The notes beneath the pieces were generated by a model. The model was not told where the DNA came from, did not search any database, and saw only the letters and a program-made list of their open reading frames with translations. From contig CAVPDX010000001.1 of assembly GCA_963702775.1 (NCBI GenBank), forward strand, positions 115,688 to 179,687: DNA of 64,000 bases, written 5' to 3'. Shown piece after piece: positions 56,215 to 64,000 of the stretch. Every line of letters starts with the position of its first letter. Within the stretch, counting starts at the first letter, position 1. Position numbers and translations under genes: made by a program. The DNA is from an uncultured Acidobacteriaceae bacterium (GTDB lineage Bacteria > Acidobacteriota > Terriglobia > Terriglobales > Acidobacteriaceae).

Positions 56215-57144
56215 ATGAGCCAACCACAACGGCGTCTATCAATGACACAATGGGACGTTTTCTCTTCGCGTCCACTCGAAGGCAATTCGCTCGCCGTAAT
56301 CCACGACGCCCGCGGCCTGAACCGACGCCGAGATGCAGTCGATCGCCAAGGAGATGAATCTCTCCGAGACCACATTCATCCTGCCCCGCGATGCCGCCAC
56401 CGAGCGCGAGCAAGGCATTCGCGTCCGCATCTTCACTGTGCAGGAAGAACTGCCGTTCGCCGGCCATCCCACGCTCGGCACCGCGTTCGCGCTGCGCGGC
56501 CGGGTTACCGAGAAACGGCGCGCAAGAAATCGTCCTTGAACTCAACGTCGGCAAAGTGCCAGTCCATTTCGAAAACTTGGATGGCGAACCTCCCTTCGGC
56601 GAGATGACGCAGATCGATCCCACGTTTGTAATGCAGCACGACCGCGAAGCCGTAGCGCAGCTACAGGATTGCGTCCCGAAGATTTCGACGATTCCCTTCC
56701 CATCGAAACCGTTTCCACCGGAGTTCCCTTTCACGGTCGCTCCGTTGAAATCGCTGGCGGTCGATGCAGAATCTGCAGATCGATCTCAGCCGCGCCGCCG
56801 AATATCTAGCCAAGACCGCAGGCAAGTTTTTTTATTTCGTCACTCGCGAAACAGTTGATCGCGATGCCCGCCTCCACGCCCGCATGCTGTTCTACAACGG
56901 CGAGGACCCCGCCACCGGCTCCGCCGCCGGTTGCACCGCGGCTTGGATGGTAGCCCACGGCGTGGCCCAGCCCGACGAACGCGTCCTCATCGAACAAGGC
57001 GTCGAGATGAAACGTCCCAGCCGGATTTTTGTGCGTGCGTCTTTCGATAACAAGCGCGATAGCAAGAGCAGCGATAACCGCGTAGTTAACGTGCGCGTCG
57101 GCGGCCACTCGGTGGAAATCATGCGCGGCGAAATTTTTCTTTAG
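56215..57144 (+). pseudogene. PhzF-family isomerase gene with five single-base frame changes
   Basis: PhzF-like sequence is recovered only by switching frames 1>2>0>2>0>1 near 56320, 56514, 56657, 56730 and 56762. The recovered blocks are VFSSRPLEGNSLAVIHDARGL | [22 protein letters not shown]...[12 protein letters not shown] | [17 protein letters not shown]... | TGLRPEDFDDSLPIETVSTGVPF | TVAPLKSLA | MQNLQIDLSRAAEYL...GEDPATGSAAG. Confidence 0.8.
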
Positions 57145-57360
57145 CCGCTCATGCACAAGCAGCGCAGAATCAGGTCTTTCTTCGCACCGCAAAAAGTCAA
57201 TGGCCAAACTCTGCCATTTGCTTCGACGCTACTTTACAGCGCTCACGCTTACCGATAGGATTCATTCGCTCTTATATTCTTCGCGAACAGAGAAAATTTC
57301 CGCTGACTCCGGTTTCTATATCTGGCCGCAACCGGCAACTGGCGGATTTCCAGGCGGTGA

Positions 57361-57783
57361 ATGAAACCCAAGCGCACGATCCTTTGTGTGGACGACAACG
57401 AACAGTCTCTTTCCTATCGCAAAATCATGCTTGAGACCCGCGGCTACCGCGTGGCCAGCTACTCCCGCGGCGAAGAAGCCCTGGAACGTTTTAAGCAGGG
57501 CGGCGTCGATCTCGTCGTCACCGACATGGCCATGCCCGGCCTCGACGGCCCGCAGCTGATCGCCGCCATCAAGAATCTCTCGCCCCACACTCCCGCCATC
57601 TTAATTTCGAGCAAGGTGCGCGTGTACGATCACGAATCGCAAGCCGACGTATTCCTGGCCCGAGGAATGTATGCCCCCGCCGACCTGCTCGAACGAATTC
57701 GTCTGCTACTGGTGCGCAAACGCGGCCCCAAACGAATGCAGGAGCGCCCGCCGCAACTGTCGCACCGCCAAGGCGCAGCCTGA
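57361..57783 (+). CDS. single-domain response regulator (CheY-like receiver)
   Basis: ILCVDDNE...DLVVTDMAMPGLDG...PAILIS. Confidence 0.85.
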   Translation: MKPKRTILCVDDNEQSLSYRKIMLETRGYRVASYSRGEEALERFKQGGVDLVVTDMAMPGLDGPQLIAAIKNLSPHTPAILISSKVRVYDHESQADVFLARGMYAPADLLERIRLLLVRKRGPKRMQERPPQLSHRQGAA

Positions 57784-57892
57784 GATGCCCAGCGCAGCGA
57801 GCCGTTGCTCCGCGCTCTTCTCCGCGACTCCGCGATGAAGGGTTCAGCCCGAGCCGAATCGAATCCAACCATCGTGTAAACTCAACTCAAGC

Positions 57893-58594
57893 ATGGCAGC
57901 ATTCATCGAAGCGATTGACCTACATAAAACCTACCGCGTCGGAAAAATCGACGTTCCTGCCTTGCGCGGCATCTCCTTCAGCATCCAAAAAGGAGAATTC
58001 GTCACCGTAGTCGGCCCCTCCGGCAGCGGCAAATCCACCCTCTTCTACCTTCTCGGAGGGCTAACCCGCGCCGATTCCGGAAAAGTCATTCTAGACGGCG
58101 ACGATTTCTCGACGCTCTCCGACGCCGACCGCACCCGCATGCGCAAGCGCAAGATCGGATTCGTCTTTCAAAAGTTCAATCTGCTTCCCACACTCGATGC
58201 CCGCTCGAACATCGCCATCGCGCAGGAAATTGCCGGCAACAACGGCCGCGATCCCGCCTTCTTCGTCCGCATCTGCGATTTATTAGGACTCACCAAGCGC
58301 CTGAACCATCGCCCCAGCGAACTTTCCGGCGGCGAGCAGCAGCGCGTAGCCCTGGCACGCGCGCTCATCAACCAGCCGGCAGTCGTTCTCGCCGACGAGC
58401 CCACCGGCAATCTCGACACCGAAAACTCCAACATCGTTCTGAACATGTTGCGCCAGTCCAATCAAGAACTCGGCCAAACGGTCCTGATGATCACCCACAA
58501 CCCCGAAGCCGCCAAGTTCGGAGACCGCATCATCCACATGCGCGACGGCCACATCGTGAAGCCCGAAGAAGACCCGCAATGGTCCGTCCACTAA
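57893..58594 (+). CDS. ABC transporter ATP-binding protein (MacB/LolD-like)
   Basis: GPSGSGKST, LSGGEQQRVALARAL and VLADEPTGNLD. No permease gene is adjacent. Confidence 0.9.
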   Translation: MAAFIEAIDLHKTYRVGKIDVPALRGISFSIQKGEFVTVVGPSGSGKSTLFYLLGGLTRADSGKVILDGDDFSTLSDADRTRMRKRKIGFVFQKFNLLPTLDARSNIAIAQEIAGNNGRDPAFFVRICDLLGLTKRLNHRPSELSGGEQQRVALARALINQPAVVLADEPTGNLDTENSNIVLNMLRQSNQELGQTVLMITHNPEAAKFGDRIIHMRDGHIVKPEEDPQWSVH

Positions 58595-58702
58595 TGCTCG
58601 TATGGGGACGGGCGCCCTCTGCCCAGACGCCAGCAAATGTATAGACTGCCGGTCGACACCGTTGCTCCGTCCCAACCCCTCATTTATAATCGAACTCGCT
58701 GA

Positions 58703-58777
<75 letters not shown>

Positions 58778-58806
58778 TTTCTCTTCCGGCCCACTCAGGA
58801 GATTCC

Positions 58807-59202
58807 ATGAGACCCTGGCCAGCTTGTCTTCTCGGCATCATCCTCGCAATATCAATTGTGCTGCTGGCCTGCGGCGGCAGCAATCATCCGCTTCAGTCCG
58901 TCGCCGTAACTCCCGCGGCCGCCAGCGCTTCCCAGGCCCAGTTCACCGCCACGGGCGCTTACAACACCATGCCCACTACGGCCGACATCACCAGCACGAC
59001 AACTTGGTGTATTGGCTCAAGCAGCGGTCTGTGTTCAGCCGACGTGGCTCCGATCGCAGAGGTCACGGCCGGATTGGCCCAATGCGCCGCTGGCCGTTCG
59101 GGAACCGTAACCGTCCTCGCGGGACAACCCAGCAACCACCCCGGCGTGAATCAGGGATATCAGTTGCAGCCCTTCGGCGCAGCCCAGCTAACCTGCCCGT
59201 AA
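58807..59202 (+). CDS. small secreted lipoprotein
   Basis: ATG at 58807. The track ORF 58717 starts inside the tRNA. Lipobox VLLACGG. 131 aa. Confidence 0.65.
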   Translation: MRPWPACLLGIILAISIVLLACGGSNHPLQSVAVTPAAASASQAQFTATGAYNTMPTTADITSTTTWCIGSSSGLCSADVAPIAEVTAGLAQCAAGRSGTVTVLAGQPSNHPGVNQGYQLQPFGAAQLTCP

Positions 59203-59303
59203 AATGCGGCTACGGCGTAGCTTCGCGCCGCAGAGAATCGCTTCAGTGGAATCAAAATGTCGGTTGGACTTTTCTCCCTCAAAACGCTAACTTAATCTCT
59301 AGG

Positions 59304-59378
59304 GGCGCGGTACCCAAGTGGTAAGGGAGAGGTCTGCAAAACCTTTATGCGTCGGTTCGATTCCGACCCGCGCCTCCA
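59304..59378 (+). tRNA. tRNA-Cys (GCA), CCA encoded
   Basis: GGCGCGG...AGGTCTGCAAAACCT...GGTTCGATTCC...CCGCGCCTCCA. Confidence 0.88.
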
Positions 59379-59406
59379 AATTTTCAACCCCTTAGAATTA
59401 AATTTG

Positions 59407-59928
59407 TCATTCCGAAGCGCGCAGCGCAGAGGAATCCGCTGTCCCCGCCTCCACCTCCGCCCACTCCGGATCGGCACAAGCCTGTATCGTCAACCCAGTC
59501 TCCTTCAGCAAATGCCAGGCCTCGCGATAAGCCCCATACTTCTGCCGCACACTCCCAGGAGTAAAGTGGATCGAAAAATTCGTCCTCCCCAAAACCTCAA
59601 ACGGGATGATGTACCAATCATCGATCGGAATCAGCAAAATCGCAAAAAAATCCACCGTCCCCGGCTCATACTTTTTCCGCTGCGGACCATTCACATTCAA
59701 GCTGTACCCACCATTGCGCCGCGTGTAGATCGTAGACTTAACCTGCACCCGCACCACCCGCGACCCATTCTCCACGCCCACGTCATACCGGCCCGAATCC
59801 CCAAACAGTCGCAACACCTTCATCCCCAACCCCACCGTCAACATCATGAAGTAAAGCTCCGCCCACTCCCCGCGCTCCTTGCACCCCTTCAACCGCCCGC
59901 CAGCCAGCCGATTAGCTTTCCACCGCAT
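59407..59928 (-). CDS. PD-(D/E)XK endonuclease-like protein (group I intron-associated endonuclease family, from memory)
   Basis: GEWAELYFMMLTVGLGMKVLRLFGDSGRYDVGVENGSRVVRVQVKST...FFAILLIPIDDWYIIP. The ATG at 59928 is preferred, because upstream codons cross REP copies. Confidence 0.65.
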   Translation of the reverse strand: MRWKANRLAGGRLKGCKERGEWAELYFMMLTVGLGMKVLRLFGDSGRYDVGVENGSRVVRVQVKSTIYTRRNGGYSLNVNGPQRKKYEPGTVDFFAILLIPIDDWYIIPFEVLGRTNFSIHFTPGSVRQKYGAYREAWHLLKETGLTIQACADPEWAEVEAGTADSSALRASE

Positions 59929-60202
59929 AAGCCCTCGCCTCTCTCCCTTTTGGACAAAAAAATACGAGGCTCTCCCGAGCCTCGCACAAGCATTGTCATC
60001 CTGAGGCGGACGCTTTTGTCCCCTGTTGTCATCCTGAGGCGACATCTTTTCGTCGCCGAAGGATCTCCGCCACCACTGCCCTGAAAGTCGCCCCAAATCA
60101 CTTTTTCCCGCCAGCTTCTCCCAGTGTCTCAACACTTACCACACGTGTCACGGACATCCGTCACACGGATTTCACTTTTGCCTGTGGAAAACTCCCGGCA
60201 GT

Positions 60203-60619
60203 TCACGCAACCGCATACAACCTAAGCGCCAGCACCCGCCCATACCGCTCAAAATCGCGGTCAGTAGTAAAGATGTGCCAGTCCTGCCGCTGCGCCACCG
60301 CACAAATCAGGAAGTCGATTGCCGATCCCGCAATTCCGCGTCCCCGGCACAGGTTGTGCATGCGAGCCGCTTCTTCGTAGTCTGCAACCTCGATGCCCGG
60401 CTCATCGAAGGCTCTCAGGTAGTTCCGCAACCTCTGAAACCGCTCTTCCTCGCGGATACCCGAAAGCAGTTCTTGCCGGATCGCTCCCATCATCTGGGCC
60501 CGCCCCTCGCGGATCAACTCCGCCAGCGCCCGCGTCAACACTCTCTCGCGGACATTCAAATCAGCATCCTTGCGCCGCAGCGCCAGCGACCACACCGGAG
60601 TGTCCACGAGTACGGTCAT
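60203..60619 (-). CDS. vapC: PIN-domain toxin VapC
   Basis: MTVLVDTPVW... (Asp in beta-1), ...AIDFLICAVA...IFTTDRDF. Confidence 0.85.
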   Translation of the reverse strand: MTVLVDTPVWSLALRRKDADLNVRERVLTRALAELIREGRAQMMGAIRQELLSGIREEERFQRLRNYLRAFDEPGIEVADYEEAARMHNLCRGRGIAGSAIDFLICAVAQRQDWHIFTTDRDFERYGRVLALRLYAVA

Positions 60620-60743
60620 ATTGTCATTCCGAACAAGCGTTCTTCGCGTAGTGAGGAATCTGGGCGAGCCGCGCGAAGTGTCGCGCTCTTTGCGACACAA
60701 TAATCGCGCGTTTGGCTCGCATCCTTATCATGCTGGACGACAG

Positions 60744-60959
60744 TCACGATCGCGTCTTCTTGCGCCCACGCCGCTCCGCTTTGTAGTCGTACCCCGGATC
60801 GAACTCAAAAGTGCCAAACGCCCCCAGGATGCGAACCTGCTTCCGCCGCCGGACATACTCCTCCAGAGCCGTCGTGACCGCTTCTTTCTTGGTCTTATGC
60901 TTCCCCGCCCGCCGCGCCTCTTCAATCAATGCGTCATCTAAAGCCAGATTGGTAGCCAT
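60744..60959 (-). CDS. vapB: VapB-family antitoxin (DUF2191-like)
   Basis: MATNLALDDALIEEARRAGKHKTKKEAVTTALEEYVRRRKQ. It is the last 71 codons of track ORF 60744..61586. Confidence 0.8.
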   Translation of the reverse strand: MATNLALDDALIEEARRAGKHKTKKEAVTTALEEYVRRRKQVRILGAFGTFEFDPGYDYKAERRGRKKTRS

Positions 60960-61019
60960 GTGTATATATTTACACATCGCGTTGTGTGAGTCAAAGGTCT
61001 TTTCGGCCCGTCCAACAGA

Positions 61020-61585
61020 CCGAGGGTGCCCCATCCTTCGCGCACTTTGCGAAGGGTGGGATTCTACGGCCCCATCCCTCTGAGGATTTGGGAAGCGCCA
61101 CGACCGGGAAAGGCACGACTTCAGTCGCGCCGCAAGGCCCCACAAAAAACGTTTGTCATTCCGAATCGGGCTGAAAGCCCGGTGAGGAACCTGCTGTCCG
61201 CCAATACCATCACGGACCGAGGGTGCCCTATAGCCTGCCCTGAGCGGAGTCGAAGGGTCTCGCGTCTTTTGCGAGACGTGGGATTCCACGGTCCCATCCC
61301 TCTGAGGACCTGGGAAGCGCCACGGCCGGGAAGGGCACGACTTCAGTCGTGCCGCCAGCCCACAAAAAATGTTTGTCATTCCGAACCGGGCTGAAAGCCC
61401 GGTGAGGAACCTGCTGTCCGCCGATACCACCACGGAACGAAGGTGCCCCATAGCCTGCCCTGAGCTTGTCGAAGGGTCTCGCGTCTTTTGCGAGACATGG
61501 GATTGCACGGCCCCATCGCTCCGAGGATTTAGAAAGCGCCACCACCGGGAAGGGCACGACTCCAATCCTGCCGCAAACCTTCCCA
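61020..61585. repeat. three tandem copies (197, 220, ~150 bp) of a composite REP unit
   Basis: Units start at 61020, 61217 and 61437. Each has a hairpin, GGGATTCYACGG, GGGAAGCGCCACG..GGCACGACTTCAGTCG, and TTTGTCATTCCGAAYCGGGCTGAAAGCCCGGTGAGGAACC. Confidence 0.9.
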
Positions 61586-64000
61586 CTACCGTGTCTTCGC
61601 GGGGAGAGCCTTTAGCCTCTTAGATCCCGAGCCGAGCACATTCGGGATGTTCACCTTTAGGTTGAGGGTGTCGCCGATGTATTGCCGCGCACGAAAATCG
61701 ACGGGGAACAGATACATGTAGTCCGCCGTAAGATCGCGCACCAGACGCAATGCGAACGGATTCTTCTTCAACTCCTCCGTTATGCGCTCGAGTTCTGCCT
61801 TGGGGAACCGCGCAAAATGATCGAGCTTGATCGCATAGTCGACGACCTTAACCGGAAGGGGCGCGCCCGCCCGTTCGAGGGCCTCCCGGTACGTTTCTTC
61901 GAGTTCCTCGAGGCCGACGGCCTGGGAGATGCGTTTGACCATTCCAAAGGCAACGTCCCGCGTCAGCGAGAGCAGGACCTTGTCAGTTTCGCTGGCGAGA
62001 TCTTCAGGGTCTTCCAATATCCGCCTTTCCTGAATAACCCTGGCGATGAACGTCCGGAGTTCGTCGATGTTGTTCTCAGCGGAAAGAAGAACCGCCCGAA
62101 GCGTTCGCAACCCGAGCTGATAGCTTGCCAAAGCTAGGTCGACCTTCAGGTCCGCCCTCAGCGCGCCAGGGAAGTTACGCAGAATCTGTCCAAGAATCCG
62201 CAGGCTCTTCAGGGCAATGTGAATCTTGACAACCTCCGCCAATCCATCTTCGTACTTTATGGCCTCCGCGTGCTTCTCCTCCACCGCTTGGATCTCCTCC
62301 TCGGCTTCGTCCTTTCGACGAAGAGCCTCTTCGCGGTTCTGCTCCACATTTGTTCCCGGCAGGACCAAGCTCCGCCCGTCGGCGCCGAGCCGGTTCACAA
62401 ACTCAACGTGCGAACTCAGGTCGCAGGGATGATGCTCACGGTAAATGCGATTCGCATTTGCGAGAAGGTATTCAATAAAAGCGCGGTCCTTGGTTAAATA
62501 GACATAGAAAATAATGATGTTGGCGTAGTCCTCGAAATAGACTTTATCGGCTATGTCTTGAAGCTGCGCCCTCAGATCGCCTTCGCCCGTTAGGTTGGCA
62601 ATGTTGTCCTGGAAGTATTTCGCCACAAAATAACAGTAGATGTATTTGTATTTGAATTGCACGGACCCGTTTGCCCGACTCAAGATCTGGGCCTTTACCA
62701 GCTGATCGATCAGGTCGTTCAACCCAAGGCTGATCTTGTACTGCTCGTAGTAACCAGAGTGAATGGCCTCGAGATCAACGGCTTCCAACTCCTTCTTTTT
62801 CGAATGAAACGAATAGTAGGCAATCCGGGAGATGTAGGTGTATTTCGTGCCGAGCTCAACCGCCTTCTTACTGACGGAGGCCAGTGCTGCGGTTATTAGC
62901 GCCTCGTACATTTGACCGTACGAGCCCGCCGAGCTGCTCGATCCGCGGCCAGCTGCATATGACTGCAGGATCGCAAGAATAATAACCGGGTACGAGGGCA
63001 GGAGATTCTTGCCTAGAAGCGTATTAACCGTGGTCTCAACCGCCGATATCGAGTGCGCCAGGTCCGCCTCTGTCTCGCTGTAGTCCGACCCCAGCGAGTA
63101 CCATTTTCGGATGAGCTCATTTCTGCGTAGGTGCCCAAGCTCCCGAATTTCACAGATCTCATAGTCTCGAAATGGCTTCTCACCACCCCCGGCCAGTTGG
63201 TCCAGCGCAAATACTTCGTCCGAAAAACATAAGACATTTCCGAAGCACTTTTCGGCCTGCTCGAGCAAAAGGCGCTGGCCGCGCTCCCCATATTTCAGCT
63301 TGTGCCAGTCGTCGACGATTAGAAGTTTGCGGGTGGGATCCATCTGAGCGTAGCGCTCAACCACGTCGCCGCAGTATTGATCACCTAAGGCCCGCTCCAC
63401 CGCCCGTCTCAACGCCGCCTCTGCACTCCTTCCATGGACATCCTCGCCGTTCAGCAGAACGGGAACAAGCCTACCGTGCCGCCGAAGGTCCAGGTACAGG
63501 GTGTGCGCAAGGGAGGACCTGCCCGAGTCGTCCGGTCCGCTGACGATAACGTGCTTGGAATCAGCGACAAATTCCGCCACGTCCCGCCCGAGCACGACTC
63601 TAATCGTCGCGCCAGACTTGACGATCTTCTTCAGCGACTTCCTGACGAGGTCTGGATAAACAAACAAATCGTCAAGCGCGAGATCCGGTTTACTAGGGTG
63701 AACGAAGCCGGTGCCGGGGTCGCTCAGAAACCGTAGGAAAGGGGCCGATATCTGGAATGCTCCGCGCGCGCGGTTATGCGCGAATTCCGACCAGCCGCCA
63801 TCACTCTCGCACGAGTACCTCTGTCCGCTCCATCGGAAGGGCAGAACTCTCAATCCCTGCTCAAGGTCCAATTCGAGCACATTGAAGCCACTATTGCCCG
63901 GACTTTTGGAATCCTGCAGAACTGCGCCCTCAATGTACTGCGCTCCCGCGCCGTCCGGCTTGGTTTTCTTGTACACCGAGCTAACATGTTCGTGCCCGGT
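61586..64000 (-). CDS. large NTPase (STAND/AAA-like) fused to an upstream metallophosphoesterase-like domain; 5' end outside window
   Basis: The frame is open to base 64000 (...TGHEHVSSVYKK..., a GHxH-type motif). Walker-A-like VIVSGPDDSGRSSL has Arg in place of Lys, and Walker-B-like LLIVDDWH follows. A long helical C-terminal region completes the protein. Confidence 0.7.
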   Translation of the reverse strand, partial: TGHEHVSSVYKKTKPDGAGAQYIEGAVLQDSKSPGNSGFNVLELDLEQGLRVLPFRWSGQRYSCESDGGWSEFAHNRARGAFQISAPFLRFLSDPGTGFVHPSKPDLALDDLFVYPDLVRKSLKKIVKSGATIRVVLGRDVAEFVADSKHVIVSGPDDSGRSSLAHTLYLDLRRHGRLVPVLLNGEDVHGRSAEAALRRAVERALGDQYCGDVVERYAQMDPTRKLLIVDDWHKLKYGERGQRLLLEQAEKCFGNVLCFSDEVFALDQLAGGGEKPFRDYEICEIRELGHLRRNELIRKWYSLGSDYSETEADLAHSISAVETTVNTLLGKNLLPSYPVIILAILQSYAAGRGSSSSAGSYGQMYEALITAALASVSKKAVELGTKYTYISRIAYYSFHSKKKELEAVDLEAIHSGYYEQYKISLGLNDLIDQLVKAQILSRANGSVQFKYKYIYCYFVAKYFQDNIANLTGEGDLRAQLQDIADKVYFEDYANIIIFYVYLTKDRAFIEYLLANANRIYREHHPCDLSSHVEFVNRLGADGRSLVLPGTNVEQNREEALRRKDEAEEEIQAVEEKHAEAIKYEDGLAEVVKIHIALKSLRILGQILRNFPGALRADLKVDLALASYQLGLRTLRAVLLSAENNIDELRTFIARVIQERRILEDPEDLASETDKVLLSLTRDVAFGMVKRISQAVGLEELEETYREALERAGAPLPVKVVDYAIKLDHFARFPKAELERITEELKKNPFALRLVRDLTADYMYLFPVDFRARQYIGDTLNLKVNIPNVLGSGSKRLKALPAKTR

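Noticed and set aside
61020-61585. CRISPR array
   Set aside because: The units are about 200 bp, contiguous, and have no unique spacers. They are composites of REP-type hairpins found elsewhere in the window.
60960-61586. N-terminal 209 codons of track ORF 60744..61586
   Set aside because: They are translated straight through the tandem REP array, giving repeated nonsense such as SHVSQKTRDPST. Only the final 71 codons (VapB) are credible.

Overview
High-GC bacterial chromosomal segment. The gene content looks like Acidobacteriota, which is an inference from carboxypeptidase-regulatory-domain TonB-type barrels, a YXWGXW-repeat protein, Big_2/InlB-repeat secreted proteins and dense REP-like hairpin families. 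Core genes are hfq-hflX, pfkA, etfBA plus a membrane Fe-S oxidoreductase, a Moco-riboswitch-like leader with moaA, threonine aldolase, an RND efflux pair, a peroxiredoxin, and tRNA-Sec/Gly/Cys. The most interesting region is a translationally coupled minus-strand operon at 40.6-43.7 kb. It runs: a small ORF absent from the supplied track (candidate precursor MRYEKPSFRCEEVFVTTALTCGKISPSQSGCALNTKVS with a lasso-type YxxPxL leader and a C-terminal Ser), an S24/S26-like peptidase (frameshifted), an HPr-kinase-like P-loop protein, PqqD, and a radical SAM/SPASM enzyme. No lasso cyclase or B2 protease is present, so this is a RiPP-like architecture I cannot assign to a characterised class. An IS110/IS1111-type element abuts this operon. 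On its other side lies a ~10.5 kb degraded island bounded by tRNA-Sec and a 25-nt copy of the tRNA 3' end. The island carries hipBA with a five-repeat operator array, a LecA-like gene, an excisionase-like HTH, an integrase remnant, a broken PAS/GAF histidine kinase and a chimeric ORF. Other notable items are a phzF-like gene with five single-base frame changes, vapBC split by a REP element, and a partial metallophosphoesterase-NTPase gene. There are also several repeat families: heptad-periodic spacers, a 20-nt inverted array, a 51/153-bp coding repeat and a ~200-220-bp composite array. No rRNA and no CRISPR array were seen. All functional calls come from reading the translations and recalling motifs. 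No database search was run.
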